DNA of 62,097 nt, counting the filler, from Barthelona sp. PAP020 (Eukaryota), in the NCBI GenBank assembly GCA_040182905.1. It is 2 parts of 2 records of this genome, joined end to end, with 100 filler letters (N's around TTAATTAATTAA, not from the genome) between each part and the next. Parts side by side here need not be neighbours in the genome. Positions count along the whole stretch, not along the records: positions 1 to 31,010 come from JARQWU010000109.1; 1 more part is not named here. One strand, 5' to 3'. The translations under genes and the position numbers were made by a program. Below are positions 19,861-28,293 of this stretch, in pieces (positions within the stretch are counted from its first letter, which is position 1; every line of letters begins with the position of its first letter). Below the pieces are notes generated by a model, which made no database searches, had not been told where the DNA came from, and saw only the letters and a list, made by a program, of their open reading frames with translations.

Positions 19861-20183
19861 GTATGATAAATTGTGTTGTGTCTTTTGTTTTTTGAAGAAG
19901 TCGACAATGCTCTGCGAAATACCAAGGTTGATGAAAAGATAAATATTATTATTGACATTTAAGATGATATTCTTGACCTTCAATTGGGCTTCTTTTCAAA
20001 TTTTCACAATTGGAGTAATGTCTTGTTTAATAATACCAATTAAATAGCTTCAAATAGTTGAAAGAAATATTTTTTATTGGATGTGAATTAAACTTCAAAA
20101 AGCTTGAAAACAAAGAAAAAAAGACTATAATATTTATTTCGTTAAAAATAGATTCCAAAATAAAACTAAAAAAAAAACTGCCC

Positions 20184-21710
20184 TCATTCTTCATTTTCAT
20201 CATCAACAATTTCTGAATGGCCCGTATATAAAGCATCTTCCTTCATTTTTTGAATTTGTTCATCTAAGTTATAGAACAACGCCAAGCCACCTTGAGAAGT
20301 TTCTCTATATTTCTTGTTCATATCCAATCCAGTAATTTTCATGGTAAGAACAACTTCATCAAAAGAAATTACGGATTGATCTTCAGTGAGAAAAACGTAA
20401 CTGGCAATATCCAAGGCACGTGTAGCGAAAACAGCATTTCTTTGAATACAGGGAACTTGAACCAATTCCTGAACAGGATCACATGACAATCCCAATGAAT
20501 GCTCCATTGCAATCTCAGCCGCTCTAATGCTTTGTTCAATTGACCCTCCAAACAAATAAGTAGCAGCTCCAGCAGCCATCGAGCATGCAACACCAATTTC
20601 TGCCTGACATCCAGCTTCAGCACCACTGATAGATGCATTTGTTTTGAATATGTTTCCAATAATACCAGCAACAGCCAAAGCACGAATAATGTCATCATCA
20701 CAACATTCATACTCTTCCTTGCAATATCTAAGAACAGCTGGAATAACACCACAAGCTCCACAAGTAGGTGCAGTAACAATATTAACATTTCCGGAAGCAT
20801 TTTGTTCTGCAACAGCCGTTGCATATGCAAAAACAACACCACTTTTTGTCGGGGCACGTAAAGATCGTCTATACATCATTTGAGCTCTTCTTTTAAGTTT
20901 CAAAACACCTGGTAAACGACCACTTATGTTCAATCCAGTTTCAATGGCTTCAGACATTGTCTGCCAAATATCACTCAAAATATCGTGAATATTATGATTC
21001 TTTTCCCTCTTTTCGAAATATTTCTCTTCAAAAAAACACACGTATTCATATAGATCCATATTCTTTGAATTACAATAATCTAAAATGTCTCGCATCGAAA
21101 CATGTGGATAACATATGTAAAATTCATCCTTTGGCTTTACACGAGTTCCTAACTCTGTAGTGCCTGCTGTAATAGAAGGAATAAAAAGAGATCCTCCACC
21201 AATAGAATAAACTTCTTGAGATCCTAAAAGAACATCACCCTTGAATGCATGAAATAATATCCCATTTGGATGGATTGGAAGTTCATCATCAGGTTTCCAA
21301 ATAATCTCACAATCCAAAGGTTTTAATGCACGAATAATAGAAACATCCGTCAAATGGCCTCTACCTGTTAAAGCTAAACTACCATACAACTCAACTTTGA
21401 AAGAAGTAGCATCAGGAAATGTCTCAATCATCTTTTTAGATGCTCTATGAGGTCCAATTGTATGTGAAGAAGATGGACCCATGCCAATTCTGAACAATTT
21501 GGTCAAAGATTCCATTCCATTTTGTTTGTTTCGAAATGGATAGCTTAAACCCTCAATACCATTAATTTTGTCAATAAATATTTCTTGATTGTTACCTATT
21601 TTGGAACGTAAAACTCTTCCGGATGGTAATTTAATTGAAGTGCCTGTGACACATTTCGAACAATTTTTTAATTGCTCTTGTGTGTCTTCTATTTCAAAAG
21701 AAATTGGCAT
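20184..21710 (-). CDS. sdaA: Iron-sulfur-dependent L-serine dehydratase (single-chain SdaA/SdaB type) with N-terminal extension
   Basis: RIGMGPSSSHTIGP, LYGSLALTGRGHLTD, YSIGGG, VTAPTCGACG and the three cluster Cys motifs GCQAEIG, LSCDPV and VPCIQRN; C-terminal KYRETSQGGLA. Confidence 0.93.
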   Translation of the reverse strand: MPISFEIEDTQEQLKNCSKCVTGTSIKLPSGRVLRSKIGNNQEIFIDKINGIEGLSYPFRNKQNGMESLTKLFRIGMGPSSSHTIGPHRASKKMIETFPDATSFKVELYGSLALTGRGHLTDVSIIRALKPLDCEIIWKPDDELPIHPNGILFHAFKGDVLLGSQEVYSIGGGSLFIPSITAGTTELGTRVKPKDEFYICYPHVSMRDILDYCNSKNMDLYEYVCFFEEKYFEKREKNHNIHDILSDIWQTMSEAIETGLNISGRLPGVLKLKRRAQMMYRRSLRAPTKSGVVFAYATAVAEQNASGNVNIVTAPTCGACGVIPAVLRYCKEEYECCDDDIIRALAVAGIIGNIFKTNASISGAEAGCQAEIGVACSMAAGAATYLFGGSIEQSIRAAEIAMEHSLGLSCDPVQELVQVPCIQRNAVFATRALDIASYVFLTEDQSVISFDEVVLTMKITGLDMNKKYRETSQGGLALFYNLDEQIQKMKEDALYTGHSEIVDDENEE

Positions 21711-21919
21711 TTAGAAAATGCCCAACGGTTTCATGAACTTTCTGAGATCTCAAAAAGAGATTGAGAAGATAACTTGTTCTTCCTTCAGATCCAATCAATT
21801 TTTTTTGTTTTATTAAAGTTTAGACACTACTTTGACTCTTTAAATCATAAAAATAAATAAAAATGAAAAGAATTCAAATTTTTTTTTAATTTTTGAAACT
21901 TGGAAGGAGATTAAAAAGT

Positions 21920-24900
21920 ATGATAGCAACACCTTCTAAGAGTCGAACATATTTATCAACACCTTCTTTAATATCAAAAGGGTCCAATTCTGGAAGAAAT
22001 TTAAATTGGCAAAGAATTGACAGTATTGGAACAAAACCTTCACGTAGATATGGACATTCATGTTGTTCTTTTGATAAAGGGATGCTAATTTTTGGAGGAT
22101 TTGCAGATCCCAATTATTTGAATGATTTATGGTTATATCATGTTGAAGAGAACAAATGGTTTAACATTGAAATTGAAGGAATTTGTCCGAAACCAAGAAA
22201 AGAACATGTTTCATTTGTTTATAATGAATATTTATATGTTTTTGGTGGTGAGTTAGATAAAGTTTGTTTTAATGATATGTGGAGATTAAATTTAGAAGAG
22301 TTGAAATGGGAAGAGGTGAAATATGAATCTTTAGAAGTTCCCATTCCATTATTTGGACATAGGGTCATTTTTTTCCATGATTCTATGTTTTTGTTTGGTG
22401 GTATTAACATTAATAACACTGACATTGCATTCAATGATGAAGTTTGGAAATTTGATATGAAAGAAAATTATTGGACAAAGTTAGAGATTGAAGGTAGTAT
22501 ACCTGGTCGATATGGTCATTCGTTTGTTGCTGTCCGTGGGAGAGTTTTTGTTTTTGGAGGTCGAGGAATGAAATCTAAGCTTAATGATTTATGGGAATTG
22601 GATTTGGGCTATTCAAAATGGAAAAAAATCGATGTATCTGGACCTACCAGTAGGTTTCAGCATTTAACTTTTGTTACGAAAAATTCAGAATCTTTTTATA
22701 TTCAAGGTGGACAATCTAAACGGGGATTGAATGATCTTTGGCGATTTGATATTTCAAATCAACAATGGTTAAGGTGTGACAATCCTTCTACTGCTAGACT
22801 TCAAATAAAAGAGAACACATTGACTCCTGGTGGTAGATATTTACATTCTGGATGTATTCTTGAACATAATGGTCTAACTGAGTTGTATTTTTATTCTGGA
22901 ACAAAAGATGGTAAAGTTAATTATGATGATTTATGGGCAGTTGCTTTAAATGATAACTTAAATGAATTGCTGTCTCCTGAAGATGAAATGAATGCTGAAA
23001 TGACCGATATGAAAATCAATGATATAATTATAAAGCTATACGAGGATTATGCGTTCTCTTCTACTTTAAATGACATAGTTCAAGCAAAGATTGGTGAATT
23101 TAGTGATGACATTCGGGATATGGTGAATGAGCACAATGAGATCAATGCAAAAGAAAGATTTGAATTGGAGAAATTAATGAGAGTTGTGGAAACAAAGCTT
23201 TTTGCCTTGAAAGCTGACCATTCAAAGAAAATTATTGATTCTCAAACGTTTTTAGAAGATAAAATTGCTATGACTGTGGAAGATATTCAAAAGGATTTGA
23301 AAGAATGCGAGGAGAGAGGTGAAGTTAATAATCAAAAGCTGAGTGAACAATTAGTTCAATTAAATGACTTGTTAGAGTGTAGAACAACTGAAATTAATGC
23401 CAATATCTTTCATCGTTGGTTGGTTTTGAAGCAATCGATCAGTAATAATGTTGAAAGGACACATAATAATGAGAAACACATTTTTGGTTTGACTGAAGAG
23501 TTAGAATTGTTAAATCAAGGGTTAAAGAAGACAAGTGTTGAGTTTTTCAGAAGAGTTGATGAGGTTCAAAGTACTTTTGTTGAAAAAATTGATGATATTG
23601 AAGAAAATCATCGAGTTCAAATTGATCAAATGAAAGAAGAAGAAAATATTCAAACTAATGAATTGACCAAGAAAATTGATGAAGTTCACAAAACATTGGT
23701 TGATCAAATTGATGATGTTAACCAAGCAAACCTTGCCAAAATTGATAATGTTGAGGAAAAACAAAATATTCAAACTAATGAATTGACCAAGAAAATTGAT
23801 GAAGTTCACAAAACATTGGTTGATCAAATTGATGATGTTAATCAAGCAAACCTTGCCAAAATTGATAATCTTGAAGAAAAACAAAATATTCAAGCTGATG
23901 AATTAACCAAGAAAATTGATGAAGTTCACAAAACATTGGTTGATCAAATTGATGATGTTAACCAAGCAAACCTTGCCAAAATTGATAATCTTGAAGAAAA
24001 ACAAAATATTCAAGCTGATGAATTAACCAAGAAAATTGATGAAGTTCACAACACTTTGTCAGATCAAATTGATGATGTTAATCAAGCAAACCTTGCCAAA
24101 ATCACTGAGATGCAAGAAGAATATCAATTTGAAAATTTAAAAATATTGGTACAATTTAATGAAATGAAACAAGAACAACGACGTTCCATGAATGAACTTG
24201 AAGATGAACAAACAGATGTTAAAAAAAGATTAAATCAATCAATTGAATTAATGAAAGAAGAAGAAAAGAAAATTGAAGAAATTAATAAAAAATTCAATGT
24301 TGTTACGAAAGAATTGGAAGAGAACATTATCAACAAAATTGAGAATAGTTCTAATGAAAACAAATGGTATATTGATGAGATAAAAACACATTTAGAAGGA
24401 GAAACATCTAAGAATTTCAATGAATTATCCGAAACTGTTGCCAAATTGAATGATAATTTATTTGTTAGTAATTCAGCAAATCTTGATTTTTTTGATAAAT
24501 TGAATGATAGAACATTGGAAAATTCCAGCAAGATAAAAAAAATTGCCAAATTTTATGTCAGTAAATTTACTGATTTGGAAGGATCGTATGAACAAAGATT
24601 TCAAACAATCATTGCCTTTTCAAAACAATTTCGTAAAGATTTAAGTGAAACAAATGAAAATTTACTTATAAAGTTCAAAAATTTACAAAAGTTCATTGAT
24701 AATAATGAAGAATCATTTGATAAACGTTTTGATACTTTTGGAAGTAAATTCAAAAAATTTGAATCAAAAGTTAGTCTTGTTATAAAGAATATTGGATATA
24801 TTAATGAGAGGATTGATGAATTGGAGCGAATCTTATTGTTGAAATTCAATGAGATTGAAGAAGATTTAATTGAACGTTTTGAAGAGTTGGAAGAAAATTT

Positions 24901-27900
24901 TGAAGAACAATTAAGTATTATTGAAGTATCTTTAACAAATAGATTAAACAAAATTGAAAGAAATTTTGAAGAAATTGTTGAAAATAATGATAAACAAGAA
25001 AGGAATTTGAAAGAAGAAATGGAAGGACAATTTATCATTTTGAAAGAAGAAAATAAAGATGTGATTAGAAATTTTGAAGATTTACAAGATCAATTTAAGA
25101 GTTTGAAAGAATATAACAATGAAATTTTTAAAGAAGTAACGATTGATTTTGAAAAGAAAGTTGAAAATATTGAAGAACCAATTCGAAAAGAGTTAACAAA
25201 TCATAAATTATTGTTTGATGAATTAAAAGGACACAATGAAGAATATAAGATGAAGAATGAAGAATATAAAGAAAAATTGGATCTTTTATCTGATCAAATG
25301 ATTGAAATTAATGAAAAGTTTGATGAGATTTCCGCAAAGGTTGCTGATTTTGCTGAAGCTAATGAACAAAATCTTCTTAATATTGATGATGAAGAAAATT
25401 TTGATCAATTAACAGAAGAAACTATGTCTTTAACTAATGAACCTTCTTCTTCAAACATTAATACTTTTGAAGTTATTAAACAAGAGATGGATAGTATATT
25501 TACTGAATTTGTACATTCCGTTGATTCAAAAGTTGATCAATTCAAAGAAGATTATGATTTCAACATGAATAATTTGAAATCAATGAAAGATGAAATCAAT
25601 GAGAGCTTAGAACTTTCGATTCAAAAGAAAAATGCTAGATTGCTTGAACTACAACAAAAAGTTGAGAGTCTCAATGAATCTATCTTTGATATCAAAGAAA
25701 ATTCAGCAATAAATGAGATGAATGAACAGAAATTTACCAATATCGACACTGAAATCAAAGAATTGAACAAAAAAATTGAAGATTTGACTAAATTAGTTGA
25801 AAAATTGAATGAAATAGATACTAATTTGAATAGTTTGTCTTTTAATTTGATTACTTATGAAGAAGATAAGATTAAGAGAAAAATATTTGAAGATGAAACT
25901 CAAGAACAATTGAAAACACTAGAAAATAATGTTCATGTCGATGTTGATAGAAATGTTGAAGAAGTTAGACAGAAGTTGACAAATCTTGAACAAGAAATGA
26001 AAATCAATGATGAAAAAGATGAATTAATTGAAAAGAATGTTGAAGAAGTTAGACAGAAGTTGACAAATCTTGAACAAGAAATGAAAATCAATGATGAAAA
26101 GGATGAATTAATTGAAAAGAATGTTGAAGAAGTTAGACAGAAGTTGACAAATCTTGAACAAGAAATGAAAATCAATGATGAAAAGGATGAATTAGTTGAA
26201 AAGAATGTTGAAGAAGTTAGACAGAAGTTGACAAATTTTGAACAAGAAATGAAAATCAATGATGAAAAAGATGAATTAATTGAAAAGAATGTTGAAGAAG
26301 TTAGACAGAAGTTGACAAATCTTGAACAAGAAATGAAAATCAATGATGAAAAGGATGAATTAATTGAAAAGAACGTTGAAAGTTTGAATGAAACTACTGA
26401 CAAATTAAATCAACAAATTCGTAACATTCACATAAATTTGGACAATAGTAACACACAATTCCAGAACATTGATAACGAATTTGTAAATATTAAAGAAATG
26501 CATAAAATTAGTGCAAATGAATTGATGAATGAGAACAATCGTCTTGAAACAGTTATTGCTGCTCTAGATAGCAAGTTAGAAAATGTTTTAAAGTATGTGG
26601 AGACATTGGAAAACTCTTTCACTGCAAGTCAATTGAAACACATGACGGAAATGCAAGAGATCAATGAACAAAATTTTAAAATGCAAGAATCACATACCAA
26701 TCAGATAAACAGTATTGAAAATAAAATGGATGAATTAATTGCCCGTTTGGATGAAAAAACTGAGAAATTGAAAAAGATTGAAGATTTTTATGTTAGTATT
26801 GAAACATATGAAAGTACTGTCCAACAATTAGAAGCAGTTATTAAACAACAAAACAAAATGATTGATGATTTTACCAAAATGAGCGAAAAAGTTGTAACTG
26901 CTGAAGATCTTTATTCTGAAAGCATGGAAAAAGTTGAGAAAAGATTGAAGAATGTTGAGGAAGATAATGCGTCAACTGAAGAAGAACTGACAAAGCTTGA
27001 AGAAAATTCAATTCAATTGAAGAAAAATGCTGAAGAATTAGGTTCTACCCTTCATGAAGGATTGACAAATGTATACAGTGCAGTAAATAACTGCGTTGAA
27101 AAGAATGAACATCTTTTGAAAATGAAAGAAATTTCGGAGAAACAAACCGAGTTAGAAGATGCTATTCAAAATAATTCGAATGATATTGCTGAGATAAAGA
27201 ATGTTAATATGAAGAATATTCAGGAAAAAATTGTCTTATTTGACAACAATTTCAAAGATGTCAACAAACAAATTGAAGAGCATAATCGAGAAGTGAACAC
27301 AAACGTCAATAACATTAAAGCAAACGTTAACGATTTGATTGAACAAGTTGAAGAAATGACCGACCGTGAAAATAATGGATTGACAAATATTCAAGGTGAA
27401 ATGGACATTGTTGGTACCAGAGTAGGTTTTGCTGAAGAACGTATTAAGAGATTAGAAAATGTTGATTCTCAAAATGTTGATGAATTCAAGCAAAAAATAA
27501 TACAGTTAGAAAGAGAGATTTACGGAGATTTTGTCTCTCAAGATTCACCATTCACTGCTCAGAACAAGGATCAAGATGTTTCAATGGCTTTGGATAAGAC
27601 CACATCAGATAAAGAGATTGTTGAAGTTACACAAGAACATGAAATAAACAATAATGATATTAAAAAAATGTCAATTTTGGAGATTTTAAACAATTTAGAA
27701 ATTTCATTGAACAAGCAAGAAATCAATCACAACAAATTATTTGAAATGAAAGCTGATGAAAATGAATTTAGAAAACTTCAAAACAGTTTGGAACTTACTG
27801 ATAAAAACATCATTTCCTTGCGTTTGAATCTTCAAGAACAATTAAAAGAGCTTGAAACAAGGAATTTAATTCAGTTAAGGAATTTTGAGCAATTGTACCA

Positions 27901-28021
27901 ATTAAAAAATGAGAAAGTTTTTGAGTTCATAGGTTCTGCTGCAAATGTTTCAATTTCTTCCATTAACGAAGAAGAAACCATCAATTATGAAGAAAATCAA
28001 ATAAATATGGAAAATAGTTGA
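21920..28021 (+). CDS. Kelch-repeat beta-propeller with a very long coiled-coil rod (2,033 aa from ATG 21920)
   Basis: Six Kelch repeats (PSRRYGHS...IFGG...LNDLW and variants) in the first ~350 aa, then an E/K/N-rich coiled coil with two internal tandem arrays. Confidence 0.9.
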   Translation: MIATPSKSRTYLSTPSLISKGSNSGRNLNWQRIDSIGTKPSRRYGHSCCSFDKGMLIFGGFADPNYLNDLWLYHVEENKWFNIEIEGICPKPRKEHVSFVYNEYLYVFGGELDKVCFNDMWRLNLEELKWEEVKYESLEVPIPLFGHRVIFFHDSMFLFGGININNTDIAFNDEVWKFDMKENYWTKLEIEGSIPGRYGHSFVAVRGRVFVFGGRGMKSKLNDLWELDLGYSKWKKIDVSGPTSRFQHLTFVTKNSESFYIQGGQSKRGLNDLWRFDISNQQWLRCDNPSTARLQIKENTLTPGGRYLHSGCILEHNGLTELYFYSGTKDGKVNYDDLWAVALNDNLNELLSPEDEMNAEMTDMKINDIIIKLYEDYAFSSTLNDIVQAKIGEFSDDIRDMVNEHNEINAKERFELEKLMRVVETKLFALKADHSKKIIDSQTFLEDKIAMTVEDIQKDLKECEERGEVNNQKLSEQLVQLNDLLECRTTEINANIFHRWLVLKQSISNNVERTHNNEKHIFGLTEELELLNQGLKKTSVEFFRRVDEVQSTFVEKIDDIEENHRVQIDQMKEEENIQTNELTKKIDEVHKTLVDQIDDVNQANLAKIDNVEEKQNIQTNELTKKIDEVHKTLVDQIDDVNQANLAKIDNLEEKQNIQADELTKKIDEVHKTLVDQIDDVNQANLAKIDNLEEKQNIQADELTKKIDEVHNTLSDQIDDVNQANLAKITEMQEEYQFENLKILVQFNEMKQEQRRSMNELEDEQTDVKKRLNQSIELMKEEEKKIEEINKKFNVVTKELEENIINKIENSSNENKWYIDEIKTHLEGETSKNFNELSETVAKLNDNLFVSNSANLDFFDKLNDRTLENSSKIKKIAKFYVSKFTDLEGSYEQRFQTIIAFSKQFRKDLSETNENLLIKFKNLQKFIDNNEESFDKRFDTFGSKFKKFESKVSLVIKNIGYINERIDELERILLLKFNEIEEDLIERFEELEENFEEQLSIIEVSLTNRLNKIERNFEEIVENNDKQERNLKEEMEGQFIILKEENKDVIRNFEDLQDQFKSLKEYNNEIFKEVTIDFEKKVENIEEPIRKELTNHKLLFDELKGHNEEYKMKNEEYKEKLDLLSDQMIEINEKFDEISAKVADFAEANEQNLLNIDDEENFDQLTEETMSLTNEPSSSNINTFEVIKQEMDSIFTEFVHSVDSKVDQFKEDYDFNMNNLKSMKDEINESLELSIQKKNARLLELQQKVESLNESIFDIKENSAINEMNEQKFTNIDTEIKELNKKIEDLTKLVEKLNEIDTNLNSLSFNLITYEEDKIKRKIFEDETQEQLKTLENNVHVDVDRNVEEVRQKLTNLEQEMKINDEKDELIEKNVEEVRQKLTNLEQEMKINDEKDELIEKNVEEVRQKLTNLEQEMKINDEKDELVEKNVEEVRQKLTNFEQEMKINDEKDELIEKNVEEVRQKLTNLEQEMKINDEKDELIEKNVESLNETTDKLNQQIRNIHINLDNSNTQFQNIDNEFVNIKEMHKISANELMNENNRLETVIAALDSKLENVLKYVETLENSFTASQLKHMTEMQEINEQNFKMQESHTNQINSIENKMDELIARLDEKTEKLKKIEDFYVSIETYESTVQQLEAVIKQQNKMIDDFTKMSEKVVTAEDLYSESMEKVEKRLKNVEEDNASTEEELTKLEENSIQLKKNAEELGSTLHEGLTNVYSAVNNCVEKNEHLLKMKEISEKQTELEDAIQNNSNDIAEIKNVNMKNIQEKIVLFDNNFKDVNKQIEEHNREVNTNVNNIKANVNDLIEQVEEMTDRENNGLTNIQGEMDIVGTRVGFAEERIKRLENVDSQNVDEFKQKIIQLEREIYGDFVSQDSPFTAQNKDQDVSMALDKTTSDKEIVEVTQEHEINNNDIKKMSILEILNNLEISLNKQEINHNKLFEMKADENEFRKLQNSLELTDKNIISLRLNLQEQLKELETRNLIQLRNFEQLYQLKNEKVFEFIGSAANVSISSINEEETINYEENQINMENS
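23645..24103 (+). repeat. Coding tandem repeat, 120-bp (40-aa) unit, about 3.8 copies
   Basis: Near-identical units start at 23645, 23765, 23885 and 24005 (NIQTNELTKKIDEVHKTLVDQIDDVNQANLAKIDNVEEKQ). Confidence 0.95.
25952..26380 (+). repeat. Coding tandem repeat, 84-bp (28-aa) unit, 5 copies
   Basis: Near-identical units start at 25952, 26036, 26120, 26204 and 26288 (NVEEVRQKLTNLEQEMKINDEKDELIEK). Confidence 0.95.
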
Positions 28022-28293
28022 TATTTACACATTTAGAAATAAACAATTGACAATTTTTTTTAGTTAATCATATCAAAATAATCGATAAATGTAATGAATG
28101 CTTTCTTTTTATTGATAGATTAAATTTCTTGAACATTGTTCATCTTCAATTATGTACGCTTGTTGATAAGAAAAAATAAATTTTTATCGTTTATCATATG
28201 ATGCCGTGCTAATTAACATCAAAATTAAATGAAAATAGAGATGTTGAAAAGAGGACAGATTTTTTCAAAAAGAGATTTTTTTTATCCATTGAA

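Noticed and set aside
23645..26380. Tandem arrays as CRISPR or satellite DNA
   Set aside because: No unique spacers; the units are multiples of 3 and lie in frame inside a coiled-coil ORF.
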